Positions 7,862 through 16,148 of a DNA stretch of 18,225 nt are shown one piece after another. How positions within the stretch are numbered: position 1 is the stretch's first letter; each line of letters opens with the position of its first letter. The notes beneath the pieces were generated by a model. That model did not search any database and was not told where the DNA came from. It saw only the letters and a list, made by a program, of their open reading frames with translations. The DNA is from an archaeon (GTDB lineage: Archaea; B1Sed10-29; JAJSAI01). The stretch spans positions 1 through 18,225 of the forward strand of contig JAJSAI010000009.1 of the NCBI GenBank assembly GCA_024274695.1, written 5' to 3'. The position numbers and the translations under genes are program-made.

Positions 7862-9583
7862 ATGGCTGTCAAAAAAAGAAAGAAAGCTAAAAAGATCCCG
7901 ATAAAAATTCCTATCGGGATGAGAGGAGACAGGTTTTCTTTACGCGGAAAGAGCATTCCTGCAGAAGAGGAAACAGTTCTCTCAAAAACAGTTAAAGAGG
8001 CGAAGGAGGCCATCAAAAGGTGGGAGAGAGCAGAGCGGCTGACCGCGGAAAAAGAAAGGCAGATGAGAACTCCAAAGCTTACTCCCATAACCAAAACAAA
8101 GCTCGAGAACATACAGAGGATAAAAAGGATTATAATAAAAGGCACGGGCCTTGCGGCCTTGAAAGGAACTTCTTCTAAAGAAAAAGAGCTGCTCAGGTCA
8201 CGGATAGACACCCTCAACAGAGTTCACGACTTTCTCAAGACCGCGAGCGTGAAAGAAATAGCAGACTCGCTGGCCAGCAGGAAACAGTTCTCTCACATGA
8301 TAAACAAGGAAGTGTCAGAAGAAGAGTTCGCTGTGATAAAAAAATCAATAGCGCTCGCTAAAGACAAGGATGCTCTCCTCAGGGGGCTCAGGGCAACAAG
8401 AGGAGAACTTGAAAGAATGTTGCGCGCGTCCCCTGAAAAGATTCCGGCGCCTGCAAAGGGTATTGAAAGAGGAGAACTCGCCGCTGCAGAAGCGTTCAGC
8501 GTGCCCGCAGGCCTTCTGTACACGAGTATCGTGTCAGATCCCAAGTTGACTGCCAAGTTCATAAAAGAAATGAGAAAAGCAGAAAAGACTCTTTCCAAGG
8601 GCAGGATCCCCTCCTTCTTGAGGGATCCCGCGTCCTTCAAGAAAAAGTTCGGGGTGACACCAACACAAGACGAGCTGGAGGCACTCACTAACATTGCTCG
8701 CGCCGGAAAAGTGAGCGCGCTTGAAGAGGGGCTTTCCAGAATAAGTGTAGAGAAACCGTTCGAGGAAGTTGGAGAATCAAAAAGAAGACTAGACCTTTTC
8801 ATGAGGGAAATGGAAAGAGCAAAGGCACAGATAGACTCCGGAGAAGTGCCAGAGTTCCTGAAATCCCCTGAAGCGTTCCAGAAAAGGTTCGGGGTAAAAC
8901 CCTCCAAGCAAGCCCTTGGGGAAATAAGAAGAATGATCAAAGAGGGGCAGGCTGACCTACTGTTTGAAGGAATAAGGAGGGCGAGGCAAGCGCAGGGCAG
9001 GCTGCTCCAAGGAGACCTTAAGAGAATAAGGGACGCAAAAGCAGAGGTTAGAAGAGTATCTGGAATCAAGCTCTCTCTAGGAGTCAAGCGGCTGGAGGCA
9101 TTCAGGGATTTCAATCAAAAGCTCCTGGAGCTAATGGAAAAGAATAAAGAGAAGATAATCAGGGGCGAGCTGCCAGAAGAACTGACCAACGCGAAGAAGT
9201 TCAAGAAGTACTTCGGACTCACTCCAGAAGAAGCCGAGGAAATAAGCAAGAGGATAGAAAAAGGAGCCTTGATAGGTGGCGCGGCGGGAACCGCCACAGG
9301 CACAGCCCTTGTTCTCTCCCAGGCAGCCCTATTCTCTCCAATACCTCTCGTTATCCCTGTAACATCTTACGCAATAACCGGTTTTGGTTTGGGGGGATTG
9401 GCAGGAAAAGCAGGGGAAGAGGGAGTGTATAAGGCAAGGCAACTGAAGACCAAGAAAACCGTGAAGGGAGTTAGGACGGAAAAGGATTATAACCTTTTTA
9501 TTCGCGCGCTTCGTGCAAACATACGTGAAATAGACAAGAAGATAGAAGAGGCGTATAAGAAAAGCGGAGGTCGGAAGAAGTGA
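7862..9583 (+). CDS. Hypothetical basic helical-repeat protein with C-terminal glycine-zipper-like hydrophobic hairpin (573 aa)
   Basis: Long open frame, K/R/E-rich, no Cys and no signal peptide, 3-4 internal repeats, one hydrophobic segment at 9266-9406. The stop overlaps the next start (GTGA). ATG 7862 is preferred over GTG 7847 from the promoter spacing. Confidence 0.8.
   Translation: MAVKKRKKAKKIPIKIPIGMRGDRFSLRGKSIPAEEETVLSKTVKEAKEAIKRWERAERLTAEKERQMRTPKLTPITKTKLENIQRIKRIIIKGTGLAALKGTSSKEKELLRSRIDTLNRVHDFLKTASVKEIADSLASRKQFSHMINKEVSEEEFAVIKKSIALAKDKDALLRGLRATRGELERMLRASPEKIPAPAKGIERGELAAAEAFSVPAGLLYTSIVSDPKLTAKFIKEMRKAEKTLSKGRIPSFLRDPASFKKKFGVTPTQDELEALTNIARAGKVSALEEGLSRISVEKPFEEVGESKRRLDLFMREMERAKAQIDSGEVPEFLKSPEAFQKRFGVKPSKQALGEIRRMIKEGQADLLFEGIRRARQAQGRLLQGDLKRIRDAKAEVRRVSGIKLSLGVKRLEAFRDFNQKLLELMEKNKEKIIRGELPEELTNAKKFKKYFGLTPEEAEEISKRIEKGALIGGAAGTATGTALVLSQAALFSPIPLVIPVTSYAITGFGLGGLAGKAGEEGVYKARQLKTKKTVKGVRTEKDYNLFIRALRANIREIDKKIEEAYKKSGGRKK
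8555..9265 (+). repeat. Protein-level repeats of about 60 aa in the 573-aa protein (8555-8740, 8795-8980, 9119-9265)
   Basis: EMRKAEKTLSKGRIPSFLRDPASFKKKFGVTP / EMERAKAQIDSGEVPEFLKSPEAFQKRFGVKP / LMEKNKEKIIRGELPEELTNAKKFKKYFGLTP. Confidence 0.85.
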
Positions 9584-12500
9584 GGGTCAAGCTCTTCATG
9601 CTGCTCCTGTTGTCTGTCACCATATCTCTCGCGATAACATCTGACATAAAAGGGTTTGATGTTAAACGCAACGGGGAAAGCCTTCCTGCGGGAGCGTGTG
9701 TCAAAGGAGGAGAAGTTCTGACAGTCAGTAATACTGGCTTGGGCGTTAAAGACGTTCCCACCGGGGCCATGGTGAGCTCTAAGGGATGCGTGGCGGACCT
9801 TCCGGGAACAGGGGTATGCTTCTCCTGTGGAGGAGTAAAGCTCACGAGCACAGAAGGATGGACCAAGACCCTAAAATACTCCTACCAGTCCTGCCCGTAC
9901 GAGGGAAAAACATGCTATATCTCCAGAGAAGACGAGTTCATCGTCCCGTCAGGAGAAAGCCACTACGGGGAAGAGTTCACGGTAGGACTGTACGCTGGAG
10001 CAGCGTACGCACAGTGGTTCGGCGTAGAAACATTCCTGTTTTGTGCTAACAAGGACACTAAAACAAGGTCTTTCCTGATAGGGGAGTGCTCTTCAGACTC
10101 TGACTGCCCAAACGGGTTCTGCGGTTCTGACTGCATGTGCCACTCGCTGGAGGAAGAAGGCTGGACCCATCCAAACCACAACTCTTACGGGGACGGCAAC
10201 ATCAGGCGAACTTCCGCTTGGGGGCAAGTGAAAGAATTCTCTGAAGAAAATCCCTTTGACAGTAATAACGTGAACAGGCTCTGGGAAGCCCAGTTAAGCG
10301 GGTCGCCTAAAGGAGCTGCCAGGTGGGCTGCACCAATATCATTCGTTGAACCGGACTCTGACAAGAACCTTGTGGCAGTATACGAAGGGTATGATAGCAC
10401 TTCTGTGAGCAGGTCAGGGGGATGTACTAACTTTTTGGGGAGGTATCTTCTAACAAAAGTAGAAAAGTTCTCCGCAATTCACAAGATAGCAATATTTGAC
10501 GGTAGTACCGGTAAAAAAATAAACGAGATAAACTTGGTCCCTTATGTTGACACGGTCAGCAGGGGGGGACTATTTAATTCACTCGCCGCATGCCAGCAGG
10601 CTTACAATGATCCTCTGGTGCCCTCATCCAGTTTCGTAAACGAGAGAGACTCTCCCGCGTTAGAGTACATGGCCTTTGTTCCGGCTTCAGAGAGTCAGAC
10701 CCTCGTGTTCTTGTACAGGTATAAGGACTATAGCACCACTGCCAATGCATACAAAAAACTCGCGTACGTTGAAAAGCCCTGGGACAGTTCCTCGTCTGTT
10801 AGCATGGTCACCAAAATAGACCAGACTAACTGCGGTGACGGGATCGTTGACCTGGATGATGACAAGCATTACGTGCTCGCCGTCACGCCAATGAAAATGG
10901 GTTTGTACACTGATCTCTTCGTGACGTACCTTGACGACGGGAAGATTAGGGGCGCGAATGTCAGGCTGTCTGGTGATACCCTCAGAGTGTACCAGTCAAA
11001 GGACGGCTGCAGGAGAAAATCATACGATTTGGGTAATGCGAAGCAGGGCCTGCTTTCAGCAGGAACCCTGCAGAACGTGGAGTTCACAGGATCTCCCGGG
11101 ACTATTGAGATGGGTTCATTTTCTCTCATACAGTCTGGGGGAACTCCTGTTACTTACACTGGGGCGTGGAGGGGTATTTCAGCGTATATCACTGCCGATT
11201 GGGATGAGAGGACAATGCTTCTCTCAAACCCATACTATGCTTCATCGTCTGCAGACAGCGGTGGGTTCGTGTACGATATAGCCGGGTACGCGAGGAACAA
11301 GTTCTACGTGCGCAGGGTTCACGCGACCACAACATCAGGAGACGTTTCCGGCGACGTGGAGCTTTTGGGCGAGTACTCCCTGGCCGATTACGACGGTCAC
11401 TCTAGCATGGCCAAGTTCCTGTTAAAAGACAATCCCGACCACTACTTCATGGCGGTGGTCAAGCCAGGAGGGCAGGGGATAATGTTCGTCTCCGTGCCCA
11501 AGACCAGCTGCGATCCTTCAAAGGACAGCCTCTGCAGTTACAAGTCCTGTGGTCAGGGAACGTGCAAGTGGGAGTACAGTCTGCCCTTCACAGCAGCCGG
11601 ACTGGCTGCCTCAGCGGATCTTGACGGGGACGGGAACGATGAGATCATCCTCGCCGGAGAGGACGAAAGGATACACTTCCTAAGGTGGACCAAAAGCGGA
11701 GGGTTCAGTGTTCTCGGAGAATCCAAGCCACTTGGAGGAGAGATCACGGGAATAGCAGTTGACGATGTTGACCGGGACGGGTTCCTTGACATTCTGGCCT
11801 CAGTGGACACGACGGTTTCCGGGAAGCTTGTCGTGTTATCCTGGCTTCCCCCCTGCAAGGTGAGCTTCACCGTGGACAACATGGTGTGCGCTGAGGACGG
11901 TGCCACTGCATTATACTCCTTTAGTGTCCTGTTCCCGAGAGCAGGTATGCAGGGCAATGCAAGGGTGTACCACACGTACTGGGGTACCCGGAAGGACTAC
12001 ACAGACTATCCTGAGCCCGTGGGCTCGGGAGCGTACGGTTACTCTCACACTTTCAGCACGAGCGCAGGGGATATAGACCTGTCCACGCGGGCGGGGAAGG
12101 TAAGCTGGAGTGCTGTGGAGATAACCCCCGTGTATCACGGTGTGACTCTTCCTGACAGCGCTTGCCTTGACAAGGACCTTATGTACATCCTGGGAGGAAA
12201 GATATCCCCTGAACTGCCCGCAGGAGTCACAAGACCAGGTGACGTGAGTTTCACGGTAGAACAGCAAGGAGAGATCCTGAACCAGCCGAAGGCAGGGACC
12301 AAGATCCCCGCGGACGTGACCTTTATCGCAGACAACATTAAGGAGTACACTCACTGCAAGGTCTCGGAAGGTTATGATGGGTTCGGGCCCGGCAGCGAGA
12401 TCGCGCTGGACATGAACGGTGACGGTGTCTACGAGTCCTGGAAGTTTGACTCAGACGTGAGCGATACGATCAAGTACGAGAACGTACGGGGCGCGTCCTG

Positions 12501-14085
12501 CGTTCCTCTTGGGGACACTTCATGGAGGGCCTGCGAGCCCACGTCTTACGGGGAGGGTAAAGCGTTGTCAGAAGGTTGGATAGTGGTGCAGGACCCGGGG
12601 CATACTCTGAAGTACGTCCTAGGAGGCTCCTGCGGCACGACCACTGACCAAAAACTGTTAGAACCTGGTACGTACCCCGGAGCGTTCAAGGCATCGTACA
12701 CCACGCCTGGGAAGACTTTCGAGCCGCGGGCTGTTTTCAAGTTCCACGATCTTGAGGATACGAAAGAAGACGGGTCCCAGGTGACCCGCAAGGGGCCGGC
12801 CTGCACCGCGAGAACAACGGTCAGTACCGCGAGCGCGCCAGAGTGCTCGGTCAGCATAACCCCTTCATCAGACTACCTGTGCTACGGTCAGCCAGCAGAG
12901 TTCACTGTCTCGTATGATGACGAATTAGGCTCTCCGGGAGAAGTCACCGTGGACTTCGGAGGAGGAAACAAGAAGACAGTCACTGTGAACAGCGGGGACA
13001 CTGTTCTCGTGTCAAACCAGTACCCTGCCGAAGGAACATACTCTGTCAGGGCTGACGCGGTCGGGAAAGAATCAGGGGCAAGATGCTCTACAGAAGTTCA
13101 GTTCACGGTGAACGAGAGGAGAGAGGACGTGGAACCCTTCGTGCAACCGCGGGTAGTGTGCACCGCCAGTGTCCAGGAGCTCGTGCTAACCTGCACCGAC
13201 CAGAAGGGAGCGCCAGTGCCCGCTGGCACGGTCACTGGCTGGAGCGTGACCGTGAACGGGGAGGACAAGTCCAGCGAGTGCAGTGCGGGGAGCAGCACGT
13301 GCACGATACCCCTGTCAGGGTTTGACACTCAGGACTTCGTGTACACTGCAGCGTGCCAGGTGAGCGGGACAGAATGCTACGTTTACGCTAAGACCAGCGC
13401 GAGCACTTCCGGGGACTTCAACTGTTCTCTCGCGGGACAGCCGGCAGAGGAAGAGGGGGCAGTAATCTCGGACGTGTCCTGCAGCCAGGTCTCTGACAAG
13501 GGCTACGAGGAACCCTTGGACTGCGTGGTAACCCGTTCAGGGAAAACAGTCAGCGGCGTCCAGTCAGTAGAGTCAGTAAACTGCCCTGGTGTTGAAAAAG
13601 ACCACCAGGTGGTCTGTCATGTCAAGGTCAAGAGCACCGTCGGGGGCAGCATGAGCCTGGAAGCCAATTCAGGGACATTCCCCCTGAAGAGCCTCGGAAC
13701 TAGTGGGTGCCCGCCGAATCAAATATGCAACGATCTTACGACCACTGTCCTGTTCCCCCAAGGGGGAGGGGAGGCCACAGCGGTCCTGAAGTTCCTCCCG
13801 AACAAGTACGGGGCCAAAGGGACCGTGAGCCTGTTCCTCTTGGACCAGAACGGCTTCCCAGAAGACTCCGCTTCAATAACAGTAAGCGTTGTGGAAGCGC
13901 CGGGCAAGTGCTCCGAGGACTGCAAGTACTGCGCCACGCAGACAGCGTGCCAGTCCAACCCGAACTGCGAGTGGACCGGAGCCGAGTGCAAGTACCGGCA
14001 GGTAGGTGGCCTGCCAGAATATCCTGAGATGGCGCTACTCGCGGTCGCAGGCTTCTTCGCCGTGATACTGCTTAAAAGGAAGTGA
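9580..14085 (+). CDS. Large Cys-rich surface protein/adhesin (1501 aa): Sec signal, FG-GAP/PQQ-like beta-propeller, PKD/Ig-like domains, PEF-CTERM-like anchor
   Basis: Signal MRVKLFMLLLLSVTISLA; CSSDSDCPNGFCGSDCMC knot; IFDGSTGKK, ADLDGDGNDEIIL and DDVDRDGFLDILA propeller motifs; PKD-like VDFGGG...YPAEGTYSV (12844-13110); C-terminus LPEYP, TM helix, KRK. Confidence 0.85.
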   Translation: MRVKLFMLLLLSVTISLAITSDIKGFDVKRNGESLPAGACVKGGEVLTVSNTGLGVKDVPTGAMVSSKGCVADLPGTGVCFSCGGVKLTSTEGWTKTLKYSYQSCPYEGKTCYISREDEFIVPSGESHYGEEFTVGLYAGAAYAQWFGVETFLFCANKDTKTRSFLIGECSSDSDCPNGFCGSDCMCHSLEEEGWTHPNHNSYGDGNIRRTSAWGQVKEFSEENPFDSNNVNRLWEAQLSGSPKGAARWAAPISFVEPDSDKNLVAVYEGYDSTSVSRSGGCTNFLGRYLLTKVEKFSAIHKIAIFDGSTGKKINEINLVPYVDTVSRGGLFNSLAACQQAYNDPLVPSSSFVNERDSPALEYMAFVPASESQTLVFLYRYKDYSTTANAYKKLAYVEKPWDSSSSVSMVTKIDQTNCGDGIVDLDDDKHYVLAVTPMKMGLYTDLFVTYLDDGKIRGANVRLSGDTLRVYQSKDGCRRKSYDLGNAKQGLLSAGTLQNVEFTGSPGTIEMGSFSLIQSGGTPVTYTGAWRGISAYITADWDERTMLLSNPYYASSSADSGGFVYDIAGYARNKFYVRRVHATTTSGDVSGDVELLGEYSLADYDGHSSMAKFLLKDNPDHYFMAVVKPGGQGIMFVSVPKTSCDPSKDSLCSYKSCGQGTCKWEYSLPFTAAGLAASADLDGDGNDEIILAGEDERIHFLRWTKSGGFSVLGESKPLGGEITGIAVDDVDRDGFLDILASVDTTVSGKLVVLSWLPPCKVSFTVDNMVCAEDGATALYSFSVLFPRAGMQGNARVYHTYWGTRKDYTDYPEPVGSGAYGYSHTFSTSAGDIDLSTRAGKVSWSAVEITPVYHGVTLPDSACLDKDLMYILGGKISPELPAGVTRPGDVSFTVEQQGEILNQPKAGTKIPADVTFIADNIKEYTHCKVSEGYDGFGPGSEIALDMNGDGVYESWKFDSDVSDTIKYENVRGASCVPLGDTSWRACEPTSYGEGKALSEGWIVVQDPGHTLKYVLGGSCGTTTDQKLLEPGTYPGAFKASYTTPGKTFEPRAVFKFHDLEDTKEDGSQVTRKGPACTARTTVSTASAPECSVSITPSSDYLCYGQPAEFTVSYDDELGSPGEVTVDFGGGNKKTVTVNSGDTVLVSNQYPAEGTYSVRADAVGKESGARCSTEVQFTVNERREDVEPFVQPRVVCTASVQELVLTCTDQKGAPVPAGTVTGWSVTVNGEDKSSECSAGSSTCTIPLSGFDTQDFVYTAACQVSGTECYVYAKTSASTSGDFNCSLAGQPAEEEGAVISDVSCSQVSDKGYEEPLDCVVTRSGKTVSGVQSVESVNCPGVEKDHQVVCHVKVKSTVGGSMSLEANSGTFPLKSLGTSGCPPNQICNDLTTTVLFPQGGGEATAVLKFLPNKYGAKGTVSLFLLDQNGFPEDSASITVSVVEAPGKCSEDCKYCATQTACQSNPNCEWTGAECKYRQVGGLPEYPEMALLAVAGFFAVILLKRK
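14011..14085 (+). other. PEF-CTERM-like archaeosortase sorting signal (LPEYP, TM helix, KRK)
   Basis: LPEYPEMALLAVAGFFAVILLKRK* has the tripartite motif/TM/basic layout of the PEF-CTERM consensus (IPEFP...RRK), with Tyr for Phe. Confidence 0.7.
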
Positions 14086-14088
14086 GCT

Positions 14089-14256
14089 ATGATGGACAAC
14101 AAAGCACAGGTTTCGCTTGAATACCTTACCATGGTTGCGATAGCACTCATGCTGGCCGCGATAGCAACCCTGCTAGCGGCCAGGCTGTTCAGCATAAAAG
14201 ATGATGTTAAGAGCACTATAGAATTGTACCGCAACAAGACAATACAAATAGAGTGA
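14089..14256 (+). CDS. Micro-pilin (55 aa) with class III signal peptide; absent from the ORF track
   Basis: Hand translation: MMDNKA|QVSLEYLTMVAIALMLAAIATLLAARLFSIKDDVKSTIELYRNKTIQIE*. It fills the gap between 14085 and 14261 exactly. The start may be 14092. Confidence 0.9.
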   Translation: MMDNKAQVSLEYLTMVAIALMLAAIATLLAARLFSIKDDVKSTIELYRNKTIQIE

Positions 14257-14260
14257 TCCC

Positions 14261-14869
14261 ATGATGCTGACTTCAAGGAAAGGCCAGGCTTCCTTTGAGT
14301 ACCTGCTCATAATCGTCGCGATACTGTCCCTGGTGACTATCTACACCCTCTCAGCGTCCCGGGTTGTAAAGGTGAGGCAGGGTGTGAACGAGACCCAGGA
14401 GCTGTACGCTAACTACTCCGGGGACATGCTCTCAAAACCCAACTGCAGGATCCTGTTCAGGAAGTGCGGTTCAGGATGGGGTCCGGGTACGAGTATTGCA
14501 ACGGACTACGATCAGGACGGAGAACTAGAATCGTACGAGTACACCATGGACACGGGAGTGGTCAGAATAAGGCTGCTCGGCCGCACAAAAGAAGGGTATC
14601 CGATCTACTACGCTCAGGTTCCGTCAAAAGGAGGGCTTGTCCAAAGCGTTGACATAGGCTCTCTCTCAGGACAGATTATCACACTCCCCGGGGAAGAGAC
14701 AGCCAAGCCAGGACTACCGCAGCAGGAGACCAGCTGGGTTACAGGAATAGCTGTTAACACCAACCCCACGGACCCTTCCGGCCAGTACCACTTTTACGAG
14801 CAAGGAGGATCCTGCCCGACTGACCCATTCCCCCTCTCTCAACCAGGAGTTGATGAAACGTGCGCGTGA
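14261..14869 (+). CDS. Minor pilin (202 aa) with a DxDxDG-containing head domain
   Basis: RKG|QASFEYLLIIVAILSLVTIYTL; head contains DYDQDGELE and 4 Cys. Confidence 0.88.
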   Translation: MMLTSRKGQASFEYLLIIVAILSLVTIYTLSASRVVKVRQGVNETQELYANYSGDMLSKPNCRILFRKCGSGWGPGTSIATDYDQDGELESYEYTMDTGVVRIRLLGRTKEGYPIYYAQVPSKGGLVQSVDIGSLSGQIITLPGEETAKPGLPQQETSWVTGIAVNTNPTDPSGQYHFYEQGGSCPTDPFPLSQPGVDETCA

Positions 14870-15294
14870 AAAAAAGAAGAGGCCAGGCGGCAATAGAATA
14901 CGTTGCGGTGCTCACCCTAATGCTCATACTACTGATAGCCCTGGGCATGGACCTAATGCAGTCAGCCATAGCCAGCACAGGCGGAGCTGATGCGGACGCG
15001 TTGTTAAAAAAGACTGCAAAGGATCTTGGGCTCGCGGTCTGGGAGGTTGAGAACCTGCAGACCTTCCGAAGAGTGCAGGTCACGGTCCCAGCAGACTGCG
15101 AGTACAGAGTGTACGAGAACGCGGTCTGGAGCTACTGCCAGGTGGATCCCAGCGACCCCAGCAGGATAGAGAAGAGGGTGCTCGCGGCATCCAAGAAAGT
15201 CAGCTTCGGCCCTGACCCGCCGAACACGGTAGGGGATATGGACCAGGGCACGACGAGCACGGGAGTGATAACTGTTGCACCAGCACAACCATGA
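14860..15294 (+). CDS. Minor pilin with class III signal peptide
   Basis: KKRRG|QAAIEYVAVLTLMLILLIALG. GTG start at 14860 or 14866 (GTGA overlap with the upstream stop). Confidence 0.85.
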   Translation: MRVKKRRGQAAIEYVAVLTLMLILLIALGMDLMQSAIASTGGADADALLKKTAKDLGLAVWEVENLQTFRRVQVTVPADCEYRVYENAVWSYCQVDPSDPSRIEKRVLAASKKVSFGPDPPNTVGDMDQGTTSTGVITVAPAQP

Positions 15295-15298
15295 CCTG

Positions 15299-15751
15299 AT
15301 GAGGAAGGGACAGGTCACGATAGACTTTCTCGTGACATTGACAGTGGTAATGATATTCTTTTTCTCGATAACCTTCCCGCTCATGCAGGACTCTCTCAAG
15401 AACGCGGGAGTAATGCAGTCTAGGGAGTTGATTAACGCGGACGCGCAGAAAATAAGGATAATCGTGAACAGCCTCGTGCAGTCGGGGGCAGGGGCCAAGA
15501 AAGTACTGGACCTCAGAGCACCTCCTGACTGCTACTACTACGTGAACGAGACGGTCCTAGAAGGAGGGTACGCTGCCTGGAAGCTTGAGGCACTATGCCC
15601 TGACCAGGGCCTGCACGAGATCCTCGGGTACCCTGCCTACGGGATAAAGTACGACTGCCCGTCCTGCAAAACCATTACAGTGGGAGGGGAGAACCACAAG
15701 GGGCTGAAAGGAGGAGAAAAGAGTGGGTTCGTCATCAAGCGAATATACTAG
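15299..15751 (+). CDS. Minor pilin with class III signal peptide (Asp at +5)
   Basis: MRKG|QVTIDFLVTLTVVMIFFFSI. ATG 15299 preferred over TTG 15275. The INSLxxSGxGAKK-like segment (VNSLVQSGAGAKK) is typical of archaeal pilin-like proteins. Confidence 0.85.
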   Translation: MRKGQVTIDFLVTLTVVMIFFFSITFPLMQDSLKNAGVMQSRELINADAQKIRIIVNSLVQSGAGAKKVLDLRAPPDCYYYVNETVLEGGYAAWKLEALCPDQGLHEILGYPAYGIKYDCPSCKTITVGGENHKGLKGGEKSGFVIKRIY

Positions 15752-16148
15752 AAAAGGCCAGGCGTCCCTGGAAATACTCGTGATAATCGCGGCAGTCACG
15801 TTCATAGTCAGCGTGATAATGATAGACGCGATGACCGAAACCCACAAGACCCTGATACTTTCGGGGGTGAAGAACACCGCCAACTACGAGATAGGGATGA
15901 TGATAGTCCAGAACGGAGCATGCGCTGGGACAAGGATCTCGCACCTGACAATGACAGAGGACACGATCACGGTAGGCCTTGAAGGCCCGTGCGCTCCAGA
16001 GCAAGAGGAAGAGCAAAACTTCCTGAACATTTTAGAACAGGGTGTGGAAACCAACTACTGTGGGGTCCCGGAAGAAGGGTACTCTCCCGATGGCGTGATC
16101 TCGTGCGGCGGGCAAGATTACGCTCTTGAATACTATTCCGGAGGATGA
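15723..16148 (+). CDS. Minor pilin with class III signal peptide and acidic head
   Basis: TRKG|QASLEILVIIAAVTFIVSVIMI; SD AAGGAGGAG at 15708-15716 before GTG 15723; 4 Cys. Confidence 0.85.
   Translation: MGSSSSEYTRKGQASLEILVIIAAVTFIVSVIMIDAMTETHKTLILSGVKNTANYEIGMMIVQNGACAGTRISHLTMTEDTITVGLEGPCAPEQEEEQNFLNILEQGVETNYCGVPEEGYSPDGVISCGGQDYALEYYSGG

Noticed and set aside
10828-10866. NCGDGIVD resembling the Myxococcus cysteine-rich repeat
   Set aside because: The second half of that repeat (E-x-CDDG) is missing and there is only one copy.
15650-15670. CPSC in pilin 15299 as a zinc-ribbon or heme-binding motif
   Set aside because: It is a single CxxC with no following His and no second CxxC, in an extracellular head; a disulfide is more likely.
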